Source: a virus. Taken from it: a stretch of DNA of 64,000 nt. Positions 48,813-59,180 of this stretch are shown here, one piece after another; the stretch's first letter is position 1, and the number at the start of each line of letters is the position of its first letter. The stretch lies in the IMG/VR virus record IMGVR_UViG_3300007351_000004. The stretch is one strand, 5' to 3'. Under the pieces are notes generated by a model. It was given only the letters and a program-made list of their open reading frames with translations. It was not told where the DNA came from and did no database searches. The position numbers and the translations under genes are program-made.

Positions 48813-51200
48813 TTAACCGCCGCAAATTCCTATGAATTCGTTATTGGTGTCTGAGTAAAAGTCAGATAAGTTTCCGGCTTTTGATTGAATAGTTGCGCCA
48901 AAGTCGTTTGAATAGGCTATTGAGTATTGAGTACCCCATAAATAAAGCGATGTAGTTGTATCTCCCGCAATAGCAACCCTGCGATAGCCTGTATTTGGTC
49001 CCTGTCTTAGTGTCCACGTAGATCCTGCATCTTCGCTGGTGTAAAGGTACCAGGGATCTGTTGTCCAACTACCTTGACCACAAAAGGCCATGTAATTTCT
49101 ATTTTGAAAAGAGCTTACAACTCCCCAACGAGTTCTCCACGGAGAAACACGGCGCGTTCCTATGATGCCGCCCGGCTGTGGGGAAATTTCCCCGGAACTT
49201 CCGTCAGCCAACGTGCGCCACATTTTTGTGTCGTCAAAATTTGACGTCGTGCTTACCACGTTGTAGTAAACAATATTTTCATCATCATTGTCGTGGAAAG
49301 GAATGTGCATCTCCCCCCCACCGTGTTTAGACAAAAGCATCAGGGGAGAGCGGGGGCCATGCGACGTGATTTTGGACCACGTTGCCCCATAATCGGTGCT
49401 TCTGTATCCTTTACCTGCCGACGTGCCCGTTTCACCACCTGTAATAATCACCAACCCTGCTGTTTTCGACGACACGTAACAACTCGGCCACGGAACGGCA
49501 CTTACAGCAGCACCCGCTACCTCAACCTCCGTCCAAACGGCCCCGCTGTTAGTCGTATAGGCAACACGTGTGGTCCAAGAGGACGTTTTCCAGGCCAACA
49601 CCACATGCCCCTGAATGCCGAAACTAGCATCTGCCATAGCTTGGGTTAGGTATTCACCATAAGTAGGATAGTTAAGGGGGGGCGCTTTGAAATAAGAACT
49701 TAATGTGTGTTGTTCTGTAAAAACAGGAGTGCCAAAAATATCGGTGACACGATATATTTTTGTGGTAGTAAATAGCCACCCATTAACCTCCGTTCCGCCC
49801 CCTACATATCCTGGCGAGAAAGCGTCTACCACAAAATTAGCAGGAAGTCCGTCAACTCCCATGTCTGTTTGATTCCATGTAGGATTTGCGGCGGTAAAGT
49901 TAGATGTTCTATACAAATAACCATCTGTTCTAAAGGCGGCAATTTTTTGTGTTCCGTCCAGTAAAGCCCACGGACCAACTTCGACAACTGGCTCGAACGG
50001 ATATGGATCTTCATAGTCGATAGTCCATTCTGCCAGATATTCGACCATTGCGTCCGATAAACCGTCCATTTCTACGTCAATGCGCTCGATGAAGGTTGTA
50101 TCTCTGGACGTATTGACTGTGACGTGAATTTCTTTAATTTCTTTTGATTCGAGATGGTCAAAGTATTTAGCAGTGACGATATCGCCCAGATTAAAGTCGC
50201 GCATCCAGCGAGTAGATTCGTTCTGTCTTAAATTAAAAGTGACACTTTTCTTGGCGGCATTTTTTTCTAGATAAGAACGACCGACTGTGAGCATCTCGGC
50301 GTTTGATTCAGCACCGCGACTGTCAATGTAAGCCTCTTTTCGGATGCGGGGTGACTCAGCTAAAGCCGTGAGATTAGAGAGTTCCAATAACTTGCGCTTG
50401 ATACCTACTCCCGTACCGGCGACGTAAACAACCGTTCTTTGCTCGGAATAGTTCTTGGATAGAATGGGAATGTCCATGTTCTTTTTCATGAAATCAAAGA
50501 GCATGGGATCGCCTTTGTCGGGATTGGTGGAGTTGATGCGTCGATCCAGCCCCCAAATCTCGCGGGTGTATAGTGCAAAGGTGACGGGCGGATCGTCTGC
50601 TCCGACAATGCCGAATTTCACATTTCCGTCTTCGGCTAGCGTCTGACACGCTGTTAAAAGGTTTGTGTAGCGGGGCGAATAAGTGACTGTGTTGCCTCCA
50701 TCTGGGGCGGCGGCAACCGCAAAACCTGGCATAGCGCGGTCAGCATCGGGTACCGATCCCGTGAGCATATTAAAAGCCACGTACTCTTTGATAGCTGTAC
50801 CTGCGGCAGCAGTAACTTCGTGAACTTCCCAGTCCGCCACGGGAGGAATAATGACTCTACGATTCAACCACTCAGTATAGCCCTGACCGTAAAGAGTTAA
50901 AATGATGTCGCCATTCTCTCGCGCCTGATCGACGGTTGTCTGGTGAAATCCTTCCCAGACTTTATCCTTGTCCAGTGTCACAGGATCTGTCCTGTAAATT
51001 AAATAAAACCAGTCTGGACCAATCGATCTCAAAGTTTCGAGACGGGGATCATCGTAGGAAAGATCGTAACGAATGGTATGGTTCCACGGCGCGTTAAGCC
51101 GCTGCCAGTATTCGAGGACAGACCAGCCCTGCAGAATAGTGACGAAATTTGAATCTTCGTCGTAGAGACGAACTTCATATAGGTCTGAGGGGTAAGTCAT
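48813..51200 (-). CDS. Baseplate hub/Tal-like protein with C-terminal Asp-box beta-propeller (candidate receptor-binding)
   Basis: Follows Dit; FNLGDIV motif ends hub domain; YTTNSGAVW, RSTDYGATW, TSEDAGSTW, YSNDFGAT repeats. Confidence 0.75.
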   Translation of the reverse strand: MTYPSDLYEVRLYDEDSNFVTILQGWSVLEYWQRLNAPWNHTIRYDLSYDDPRLETLRSIGPDWFYLIYRTDPVTLDKDKVWEGFHQTTVDQARENGDIILTLYGQGYTEWLNRRVIIPPVADWEVHEVTAAAGTAIKEYVAFNMLTGSVPDADRAMPGFAVAAAPDGGNTVTYSPRYTNLLTACQTLAEDGNVKFGIVGADDPPVTFALYTREIWGLDRRINSTNPDKGDPMLFDFMKKNMDIPILSKNYSEQRTVVYVAGTGVGIKRKLLELSNLTALAESPRIRKEAYIDSRGAESNAEMLTVGRSYLEKNAAKKSVTFNLRQNESTRWMRDFNLGDIVTAKYFDHLESKEIKEIHVTVNTSRDTTFIERIDVEMDGLSDAMVEYLAEWTIDYEDPYPFEPVVEVGPWALLDGTQKIAAFRTDGYLYRTSNFTAANPTWNQTDMGVDGLPANFVVDAFSPGYVGGGTEVNGWLFTTTKIYRVTDIFGTPVFTEQHTLSSYFKAPPLNYPTYGEYLTQAMADASFGIQGHVVLAWKTSSWTTRVAYTTNSGAVWTEVEVAGAAVSAVPWPSCYVSSKTAGLVIITGGETGTSAGKGYRSTDYGATWSKITSHGPRSPLMLLSKHGGGEMHIPFHDNDDENIVYYNVVSTTSNFDDTKMWRTLADGSSGEISPQPGGIIGTRRVSPWRTRWGVVSSFQNRNYMAFCGQGSWTTDPWYLYTSEDAGSTWTLRQGPNTGYRRVAIAGDTTTSLYLWGTQYSIAYSNDFGATIQSKAGNLSDFYSDTNNEFIGICGG

Positions 51201-52069
51201 AAGGACAGATACCGATTATAATAAGTCATCGTAATAGTTGGAGTTCCAGAATCGAGTGTAACCTGCAAGACGTTATCTCCGTCTTCGACAATCGGGTGGG
51301 GTTGAAGGTTAAAGTTGATGAGATTAGAACTCAGAGTAAGATAACTGAGCAGGGAATCTCCGGAGTCGTTGTAGACATCTTTGATACCGTAACTTAAATC
51401 AAAAGTCATAATTTCTGCTGCACCAGATGTATACTGCAAATCCATATAATACAGCGTATCTGTATTTTGAATAGCGAAGTTTTGAACAGCACCATCTACA
51501 ACAATTGTCGGATATTCTTCCCAGTTGCCTTCGTAAGTAATGGTATTGTTACCTACATTAAGCTCGACCTCAACAGGCGTGGGATCGTAAAAGAGAGGAT
51601 TATAAGCTGTAAATGTCAAATCTTCCTGAATAGCATAAATATCGTCTGAATCCCGATAGGTCACGCCTCCATTCAGGTAAACATCGATGGCCCGAACAAC
51701 AAGCTGTCCATCTTGAAGATAAAAGAATTTAAGCTGGCCCGGCTCTGGGTTGTTAAAAGGCGCGTGGGTGTCTGGATCGCTGGGGCGGTTGATGCGTAAG
51801 ATATCAGTTAAAGTATCCCGATTATCCCACAACTCCGAGCGCGAGAATCCGTTATGCCGAAACGAAAAGGAAATAGTGCGGGGATCTAAGGCGGCGCTGA
51901 TGACTCGCTCCCCGTGTTGGTAGGGACCAGCCACCGAACGATACGTTCGAGGCGGCAAGCCAACCCCATCGAGATTATACACCCCTTTATTGGGGGGATC
52001 GTGTAAGTTAAATTTCACCCCGTCAGGTGTGATGTATTGAACTTTCTCTCGAACAGGTTTGCGAATCAT
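51197..52069 (-). CDS. Distal tail protein (Dit-like)
   Basis: Directly after tape measure; LTFTAYNPLFY, ITYEGN..EYP.I. Confidence 0.75.
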   Translation of the reverse strand: MIRKPVREKVQYITPDGVKFNLHDPPNKGVYNLDGVGLPPRTYRSVAGPYQHGERVISAALDPRTISFSFRHNGFSRSELWDNRDTLTDILRINRPSDPDTHAPFNNPEPGQLKFFYLQDGQLVVRAIDVYLNGGVTYRDSDDIYAIQEDLTFTAYNPLFYDPTPVEVELNVGNNTITYEGNWEEYPTIVVDGAVQNFAIQNTDTLYYMDLQYTSGAAEIMTFDLSYGIKDVYNDSGDSLLSYLTLSSNLINFNLQPHPIVEDGDNVLQVTLDSGTPTITMTYYNRYLSL

Positions 52070-55000
52070 CAGCCTACCGCCTGTTGTGCCAAAAGATACT
52101 GCGAGTACATTTGCTGGTTCTGCATATAGGTTGAAGAAGGCTGAGGACCAACAAACTGTGGTGAGTAGGTATTATAATTTACATTACTTTCCGAAGATCC
52201 CGCTGCCGGGGCAGTGCCTGTTAGGAAGGAGAAAGCTGACGAAACTGCGCCGCTGATGAGGGTCAGAAGTGTAGATGCTGTATTGTAGAAGTTCATCAAC
52301 TGTGTTGTAACGGATGTAGTTGAGTTGGTGATTCCCATCGAGAAAATATCAAACTGATACAGGATCGAGTTGAGAACGGATTGCAAGTAGGTTTGATAGG
52401 ACTGCATACCGTAAATCAGACCCAACATGACATCCTGACCGATTGCCATAAAGATGCGGGAGGGCGAGTAGGCCATCCAAGCAGTTTTAAGTGTGCTGAT
52501 AGCTTTACTGGCAATTGAATTGAGAGTGGAGGTTAGGGTTGGTGTGTTGGTGTCTAATCCAGAATTGAGTCCCTCTATAATTGCCATACCCAAAGGTACA
52601 GTCGTTTGATTAATGTTATCTGACATAGACTTTTCGGTTTGAGGCGAGATAGGTGTAACCTTACCAAGTTCTTCATCCAAGATTTCTTGAAAAGTTTTAT
52701 CTAGCCCTAGTTCGTCACTTAAACCTAAAGCCTCATATACATTCCAGTCAATACCGATAATTTTTCCAAAAACTCCACCGGGGTTAGTCCATATTTTAAG
52801 ATATTCGTTAATGAACTGCTGCCCTAAATACTTTCCGCGAGCTTTAATGCGGGGAGTAAGATAAGTATCAAACCAACTATCTAAAGAATCCCATGCAGAT
52901 TGAAAAGACGGTTGTAAGAGAGGCCATAGATCATTACTAATAAGATCTCTCACACCAGTAAAAGCGAAATTGAATCCGTCTTTAATGCGATTTTTTACGT
53001 CTTCACCTGTTATATAATCAACCATCTGAGAAATTAATTCGCCTAGAGATTCAACCAAACCGCCCTCGCGCACGAGATCAGACGACAGATCAAAACCGGC
53101 TTGTTTTAGACCTTTTCTGCGCTGTGCATCTCCGTAGTCGGGTATTTCTCGTGTCACTCCCGCAGGAGTAGTCATGAAGAATTTACGTTGTTCTTTACCG
53201 AATAGAGCGTCCTCGAAAGCGTCTTTGACTACGCTTCCGATACTGGATATACCTGCGGCAAGTAAGCTCATTCCGTCTGTTTGCAACCAATCTACTGCGC
53301 TATACACAAACGATTCAAGACTGGGTTTGACAGTATCCCATAAGGTGCCTGCTGCTAGAATAATTCCATCCCAAATTGTTTTAAGGGTTGGACCTAATTC
53401 TTCAAAGACGCCCTTAAGTCCGCCTTCTTTGTAAGCGTTAACCAGACTGGTAAAAGCATCAACAACAACCGTTACAATGTTGGCAATGAGCGCGAAACCC
53501 TGCAAGCTGAACGATACAATTTGCCCCAGAATTTCACCGGCAGTTTTACCAATGTTCGATGCGGTACTCTCGAAATCTGGCTCAAGCTGGCTGATAAACT
53601 CATCCTGTGTCTTTTGGGCGCTGCCAAAAATAGCGGTGAACAGTGCCCCGAAAGAAGAGAAAGCATCTTTAACAGCGCGAATGAACGTATCAAACGCCGC
53701 TGCCATGTCGCCAAAACTTTCGGTCCACCCAATGAAAAACCCGCCCAAAAACTGAGCAATTGCTGTTGTCAGAGCAATAATGCGGTCGCTGGTTGAGCCA
53801 ACCGACTTTTCGAGTTTCAGAGAGTTAGTAACGCCGTTGATCAAGAACTTGACAAAGGCAACCGTCGCTTTGTAAATTTGAATGGCGTGAGAGGTTGCAG
53901 TACCCAAAGCATAAGAAAATTTGCGAGCGTTTTCTTCGCTGGCACCCAAAGCCTTAGCAATACCGAGAATACCCCCCTGACGACCGGATCCTAAACTGCC
54001 ACCTGACACAAACAAAAGTAAAGCTCGCTCGATGCCTTCTCGTTTAATGTCTTCGGTGAAGTTGGTAAAGGAGAGTTTGAATTCAGCCAGCAGCTTATCC
54101 CAGTTCTTCACCGCTTGCGTGATAACTTTTGGCGCAAACAATAATGTAAAACCTGCTGCAGCTATTGCAATCAGGGACGGAATAGCCTTAAGAGGTTTTA
54201 GAATGAAATTAACAATAGAAGCACCAAAAACTGGGATGCGTTTAGCGGTGCCAGTTATAATAGTTCCTACATTACCGAACACAAACTTAAAAGCATTATG
54301 AACTCCACCAAATAGAAGGTCTGTGATCCACTTTAGCGGGGTAAGTATGAAACTTGCAAATCTACCAACAATAGCGCCTACTGCCGGATTCGCCACACCA
54401 ATAAATAGATAAAGAGCTTGCTTAACGAAATATCTAAAAACGCTGACTAAGGCAGACGGAACTCTGAATAGAGTATTAAATCCCCCTATAAAAACCTTAT
54501 TTATAAGAAAAGAAAACGATTTAGTGAGTGGAGACGCTAGACTACTAAGCATACCCGTAAATAATCCAACAATTCCCTTAATATCTTTAGCAAAAGACTG
54601 AGGTTTTGGAATTAGTTTGCCAAGCCCACCCAACAATCCGCCTTTCTTGTCCTTACCCTTCCCGCCCCCAAAGAATAACCCAAAAATGCCCAACAAGGGG
54701 GTGAAGGGTAGGGTGAGCAGACCACGAAACGCCCCGCTGAGCTTGGTCAGGCCGATAGCCGCATTACCTGCCAGTTGAGTCAATGTACCAATTACCAGCA
54801 GAGCAGGACCGAAAGTGGCAATTAACAATCCAAAGCGGAGAATACTCTTTCGGACAGCCGGATCTATATCAATGAAGCGCTGGATCAGATTTCGTATACC
54901 AGTGATTATGTTCTCAATGTCGTCTCGCAAGTCTTTAAGGACTTCGACACCTAGCGCCATAAACGAGTTTTTGAGCAGTTGAAGTTGGTTTCTAATCGTC

Positions 55001-56193
55001 TTGGACTGTTTTACGAACTCTTCCTGCAGAGCGATTTGTTCCTGCCACTGCACATTCGCCAGAGCAACATTATTACGTACCAATTCAATGTTAGGGCCAA
55101 GCAGGTTTAGAACTTCACGAACGCGGATACCTGACAGTCCCAATTCTAAGAGGGTATCTTTGGTGATCCTTCCGGCGTCTTGCGCGTCCGCTAGTCGGGC
55201 TAAGAATAACTCTAATGTCCCTAAAGCATCTGTCTTAAAGCGAGTGGCAAATTCCTGAGCGCTCAACCCGGCAATCTGCGCAAACGTGTCCAGAGCATCG
55301 CCACCATCTGAAATAGCGAAGATCATCTCGTAAATGACGCGGGAAACAGCAGTACCGCCGCGTTCCGCTCTTACGCCCATCTCTGCTAGCGACGTAGAAA
55401 GCCCTAAAATATCGGGGGTTGTCAGTCCCGCTATTCTACCCGCCGCCGCCAAACGTAGAGTCAAATTGACAATTTCAGGCTCGGTTGCAGCGGCATTGTT
55501 ACCGAGAGCTACGATAGAGGCACCAAACCGCTGTGCAAATTCAGCCATCTTTTCGGATTCGACGCCCATGATGTTTGCCACACGAGCGATAGCGAAAGCG
55601 GCGGCTTCGCTAGAAAGATCGGTTGTGACCGACAGCATAGCGATTGTTTCAGTAAATTCTTCAATCTGGGACGCAGACACGCCTAACTGACCGGATACCT
55701 GACCGATTCTCGCTAACTCAGTAGCAGCGATAGGAATGTTAAGCGAGAGATCGATAAACTGGTCGCTCAGCTTTTCTCCAAAGTCAGTTAACTTGCCAAA
55801 CTCTTCGTTGGTAAATACCGCTTGCTTTTGTAGATCATTCAAACCAGTAGTTGTGCCGTACATCTCGGTGGCAATTTCGTTAAAGCCTTTGGCTACGCCG
55901 TCTACTGTCTTAGCGACTCCAACGAAAGCCTGTTCAAAATCGATACCGGCTTTGACCAATGTACCTGTTAAAGCTAAGATGGGAGCAGTCACGCCAAAGG
56001 TCAGAGTACGACCAAAGGACACCATTGCATCGCCAGCGCGAACCAGACTGCGACCGAAAGCGGCGGATCCCGCGCTGGCAGCGTCCATTGTGGCGGCGAA
56101 TCGGGTGAGGTCGTTGCGGAGAGCGCCAACCTGACGGTGCGCCTCTGCCGCGCCCAAAACCACGATCCTAATGCCGACATTTGTGTTAGCCAT
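52069..56193 (-). CDS. Tail tape measure protein (TP901-family core)
   Basis: 1374 aa helical, FEQAFVGVAKTV, AERGGTAVSR, hydrophobic middle. Confidence 0.92.
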   Translation of the reverse strand: MANTNVGIRIVVLGAAEAHRQVGALRNDLTRFAATMDAASAGSAAFGRSLVRAGDAMVSFGRTLTFGVTAPILALTGTLVKAGIDFEQAFVGVAKTVDGVAKGFNEIATEMYGTTTGLNDLQKQAVFTNEEFGKLTDFGEKLSDQFIDLSLNIPIAATELARIGQVSGQLGVSASQIEEFTETIAMLSVTTDLSSEAAAFAIARVANIMGVESEKMAEFAQRFGASIVALGNNAAATEPEIVNLTLRLAAAGRIAGLTTPDILGLSTSLAEMGVRAERGGTAVSRVIYEMIFAISDGGDALDTFAQIAGLSAQEFATRFKTDALGTLELFLARLADAQDAGRITKDTLLELGLSGIRVREVLNLLGPNIELVRNNVALANVQWQEQIALQEEFVKQSKTIRNQLQLLKNSFMALGVEVLKDLRDDIENIITGIRNLIQRFIDIDPAVRKSILRFGLLIATFGPALLVIGTLTQLAGNAAIGLTKLSGAFRGLLTLPFTPLLGIFGLFFGGGKGKDKKGGLLGGLGKLIPKPQSFAKDIKGIVGLFTGMLSSLASPLTKSFSFLINKVFIGGFNTLFRVPSALVSVFRYFVKQALYLFIGVANPAVGAIVGRFASFILTPLKWITDLLFGGVHNAFKFVFGNVGTIITGTAKRIPVFGASIVNFILKPLKAIPSLIAIAAAGFTLLFAPKVITQAVKNWDKLLAEFKLSFTNFTEDIKREGIERALLLFVSGGSLGSGRQGGILGIAKALGASEENARKFSYALGTATSHAIQIYKATVAFVKFLINGVTNSLKLEKSVGSTSDRIIALTTAIAQFLGGFFIGWTESFGDMAAAFDTFIRAVKDAFSSFGALFTAIFGSAQKTQDEFISQLEPDFESTASNIGKTAGEILGQIVSFSLQGFALIANIVTVVVDAFTSLVNAYKEGGLKGVFEELGPTLKTIWDGIILAAGTLWDTVKPSLESFVYSAVDWLQTDGMSLLAAGISSIGSVVKDAFEDALFGKEQRKFFMTTPAGVTREIPDYGDAQRRKGLKQAGFDLSSDLVREGGLVESLGELISQMVDYITGEDVKNRIKDGFNFAFTGVRDLISNDLWPLLQPSFQSAWDSLDSWFDTYLTPRIKARGKYLGQQFINEYLKIWTNPGGVFGKIIGIDWNVYEALGLSDELGLDKTFQEILDEELGKVTPISPQTEKSMSDNINQTTVPLGMAIIEGLNSGLDTNTPTLTSTLNSIASKAISTLKTAWMAYSPSRIFMAIGQDVMLGLIYGMQSYQTYLQSVLNSILYQFDIFSMGITNSTTSVTTQLMNFYNTASTLLTLISGAVSSAFSFLTGTAPAAGSSESNVNYNTYSPQFVGPQPSSTYMQNQQMYSQYLLAQQAVG

Positions 56194-56469
56194 TTACTTA
56201 CGTTTCCTGTTTTGCCGCTCCATCTCGTCTTGTTGGGCGTCATGAACGTGTGACTCGATGAGCTTGTCTAGGAGATAGTGCGCTACGATTTCGGCTTGCT
56301 GTTCATATTTCAGATCAAGCCAGGTGGTGTGATAACAGTAATTCGCAGCATTACAGGCGGATATCACGTAAATATCGGGGATTAAACCGGGGATATGTCG
56401 GACATCAATCCCCGTCTCCATCCGGTGGCGCAGGTTCAGACGGTGGATCGGCTTCCCCCCTCTCGTCAC
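56194..56469 (-). CDS. Tail assembly chaperone, downstream (T-like) frame
   Basis: Overlaps upstream chaperone across GGGGGG run, ends at tape measure start. Confidence 0.65.
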   Translation of the reverse strand: MTRGGKPIHRLNLRHRMETGIDVRHIPGLIPDIYVISACNAANYCYHTTWLDLKYEQQAEIVAHYLLDKLIESHVHDAQQDEMERQNRKRK

Positions 56470-57004
56470 TCCGAAATTTGCTCATCTCGGTTTCAACCGC
56501 CCCTTCAGTGATACCCAGGAGCTTGCCCACCTGTTCGGACAGAAGCAGTTGATCGGAGTCTTCGGGAGCCGCGACATACGTCACCCAAGCCAGATAGCGC
56601 AGGGCAGGCGACTTAGGGACGATCACGCCAAAGTGCTCGCGTTCTTCAACCCAGGAGTTATCCTCAATCGACGGAAGGTGTTCTGGCTTTTCAATCAGAT
56701 ACGTGCCCTTCATGATCCCGAAATCCGATACCGCGAAAACGAGATCCATCTCCCACTGTTGAGTTTTTTCAAGGTAAGTGGGATCAGCCGGATTCAGTTC
56801 TTCCCGATCTTTTTGGTCGTTCCACACCATCGGCACTTGAGGTTTGCGCTTCTCAAAAAGATCATACAGATCTCGAATGAAGCGTTTAGGGATGGGCTGA
56901 GTCCCTAGCACAACTCCCGTGCTAAATCGGATCAACCCATCCTCTGTTTTTTCTTCGCGGCTCGCCGCCTGAGCCAAAACTTCGTTATAGTCCTGACGAT
57001 CCAT
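56405..57004 (-). CDS. Tail assembly chaperone (G-like)
   Basis: Position between tail tube and tape measure. Confidence 0.7.
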   Translation of the reverse strand: MDRQDYNEVLAQAASREEKTEDGLIRFSTGVVLGTQPIPKRFIRDLYDLFEKRKPQVPMVWNDQKDREELNPADPTYLEKTQQWEMDLVFAVSDFGIMKGTYLIEKPEHLPSIEDNSWVEEREHFGVIVPKSPALRYLAWVTYVAAPEDSDQLLLSEQVGKLLGITEGAVETEMSKFRSDERGEADPPSEPAPPDGDGD

Positions 57005-57009
57005 TTTTA

Positions 57010-58521
57010 CTACGATCCTTTCAGAATAATCCCGTCCGCACCGTTATCCGCCAATCCGCCCGCAAAGACCACATTCGCCTCATGCCAGCAGGTTGCCAGA
57101 GCATTGATTTGGTCGTTCGCCGGAATCGAGCCGGAGCCTTCGGGAAGCACGTACCACGAGTGTCCGCCGTCCAATGAACGGAGGATACGACCGGCAGTTG
57201 CCGAAGTCTTGTGCGCGAGATAGAGCACGTTACGGGTAGCCGCCACGATAGCGCGAACTTCACCCGTGCCGCCACCCCCGGTTGTATCGCCAGCGAAGCG
57301 CATTTGCGTCCAGCTTGTTCCAGAGTTCTCGGTGTACCAGGCCGCGTTATCGGCGGTGCCCACGATCCAGGTCCGCTCGTCCAGCATCAAAACTGAAAGC
57401 AGATTGGGCGTGTTAACCGTATCCGGTCCTGTAACAGCCGAGAAGGTTTCGCCATCGGTCGAATAGAGAACGGTGTTGGCATCGCCCACTGCAACCACGT
57501 TTTCGGCGTCGTAAGCATCCACGTCATTCAGATCTTCGGTAGTAGCCGCGCCAGCGTCCAGAACTTCGACGCCATCCACGATAGATTCGCTGTAATACAC
57601 GTATCCACCATCACCGACGATCCAGGTGTCAGCCGCGCCCGCCGAAGCAATTGCGTTTGGCTCACCCGTGACCACAAAACCAGTCGTGACTTTGTTCCAC
57701 GTTTCCGCGCCGTTAAGCACGTCTTCCCAATCCGCGTAATGCAGCGAGTTGGAGTCGTTGGAAACAACAACCAGATAGTCGCCAACACCTACTGCGTCAG
57801 TCGGATCTTCTCCAACCGCCAGCGACGTGATCCACGAGTCACCCCATGTCACCCCGCCATCCGCTGTAAAGAGGACTTCCGCCAGAACGCCCGGCGAAGC
57901 TGTACCAGGAGCACTCACGGCAAAGACGCGCTGACAACCATCCGAAGGCGTAGCGCAGTCACCGCAGCCTTCCGAGTCAATCACGCCAACCGCGACAACT
58001 TCCTGTCCCACTTCCGACTGAGCGCGTTCCACCAGACGAATTGGCACCACTTCGTAGAACCACTCGCCGGACAGATCAACCGTCTCTTCAATGACTGCTT
58101 CCTCAGACTGGTCAAACGCGCCAATGTCCGAAGTTGCGTAGTTGGTGAAGACGGCATTCTCAAAGATGACAATTTTCTCCCACCCCTGGTTGAACGAGGT
58201 TGGAGACGAACAGCGACCGAAGTGGATCTGGACATCCAGCGCGCACTTCGACTTCGCCATTTTTTCGATATCCGAGCGACCCGTCAGATATTTGAAGATC
58301 AGAGAGGTCGTCGGGCGATCTTCAGCACCGCGGGTAATCGCCAACTCGGTGAACTGCCCGTATGATTCTTTGGACGGCACACGGATTGGCGTTACATCGC
58401 CCAAGCCCTGCTCGATGGCTCCTGCTTTCGAGTAGCCTTGATAAATCGGAACGTGCGACGGGCTGGCGCGGTACTGTAGAGTCCAGACACGAGAGAATGA
58501 AGACTTCTCGCCTACAGGCAT
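57010..58521 (-). CDS. Major tail tube protein with C-terminal Asp-box beta-propeller
   Basis: Upstream of chaperones; FTADGGVTW, YTENSGTSW, RSLDGGHSW repeats. Confidence 0.7.
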   Translation of the reverse strand: MPVGEKSSFSRVWTLQYRASPSHVPIYQGYSKAGAIEQGLGDVTPIRVPSKESYGQFTELAITRGAEDRPTTSLIFKYLTGRSDIEKMAKSKCALDVQIHFGRCSSPTSFNQGWEKIVIFENAVFTNYATSDIGAFDQSEEAVIEETVDLSGEWFYEVVPIRLVERAQSEVGQEVVAVGVIDSEGCGDCATPSDGCQRVFAVSAPGTASPGVLAEVLFTADGGVTWGDSWITSLAVGEDPTDAVGVGDYLVVVSNDSNSLHYADWEDVLNGAETWNKVTTGFVVTGEPNAIASAGAADTWIVGDGGYVYYSESIVDGVEVLDAGAATTEDLNDVDAYDAENVVAVGDANTVLYSTDGETFSAVTGPDTVNTPNLLSVLMLDERTWIVGTADNAAWYTENSGTSWTQMRFAGDTTGGGGTGEVRAIVAATRNVLYLAHKTSATAGRILRSLDGGHSWYVLPEGSGSIPANDQINALATCWHEANVVFAGGLADNGADGIILKGS

Positions 58522-58533
58522 GTTTGTATCTCC

Positions 58534-58872
58534 TTATATATCACGTTGCATAATGGACAGAATATGCCTGATCACCGCTTTTGTGTTGCGTTTAGGCAGC
58601 GCCGCTTTCACTACATTAAACAAGTGATTGCGACTTCCGTGCACCAACTCAGCATTCACCAGCCGCGAGTTCACCAGACCTTCTTGTAAGACTTTACGCT
58701 CGTCTTCTGTCAGATCCAACTCACTCAAGTCGGGGGGGCCGATGGTAATACCTCTGTTATAGTGCTCTGGTTTCGCCCGTTCCGTCACCCGTTTAAGCCA
58801 GGTATATCCGTCTTCATCAACGTATTTCACGTCAGGCATAAGACTATTAACCTTTCCTCTACACCAGATCAC
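58534..58872 (-). CDS. Hypothetical neck/tail-region protein
   Basis: Position; probable start MPDVKY. Confidence 0.55.
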   Translation of the reverse strand: MIWCRGKVNSLMPDVKYVDEDGYTWLKRVTERAKPEHYNRGITIGPPDLSELDLTEDERKVLQEGLVNSRLVNAELVHGSRNHLFNVVKAALPKRNTKAVIRHILSIMQRDI

Positions 58873-58985
58873 CTATATTATAGTTTACAAACCCGTAGAC
58901 GAAAAACTTGTGTTTTACTTAGGAGATATGCTATAATAGGTAAAAGTAACGCTCCCGCGAGGGAGTTTTATTTCAGAGGGGAAAT

Positions 58986-59180
58986 ATGAAGGGCGAACTT
59001 ATTACCAAACAGGAAGCCAAGCAGAGATTGTTTAAGTTGTTAGACGAAACCTTTGAACAAAAACCCTACTCCCGTATGATCGCCTTCGATGTCGGCTGGC
59101 CCTATTACTTCTCGTTTGGAGAGGATTTCAAAGTCTGGTTGGACGAGTGGCTAAACGCCTTTGCGCAGCGATCCGCCTAA
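58986..59180 (+). CDS. Small antisense-oriented ORF inside the structural module
   Basis: Extended -10 TGcTATAAT at 58929-58937, GAGGG RBS. Confidence 0.55.
   Translation: MKGELITKQEAKQRLFKLLDETFEQKPYSRMIAFDVGWPYYFSFGEDFKVWLDEWLNAFAQRSA

Noticed and set aside
48813-51200. Diversity-generating retroelement target
   Set aside because: No reverse transcriptase and no TR/VR repeat pair seen in the window
56474-56485. -1 slippery site AAATTTC in the tail chaperone
   Set aside because: Out of phase with the upstream frame, and the downstream ORF is in the +1/-2 frame
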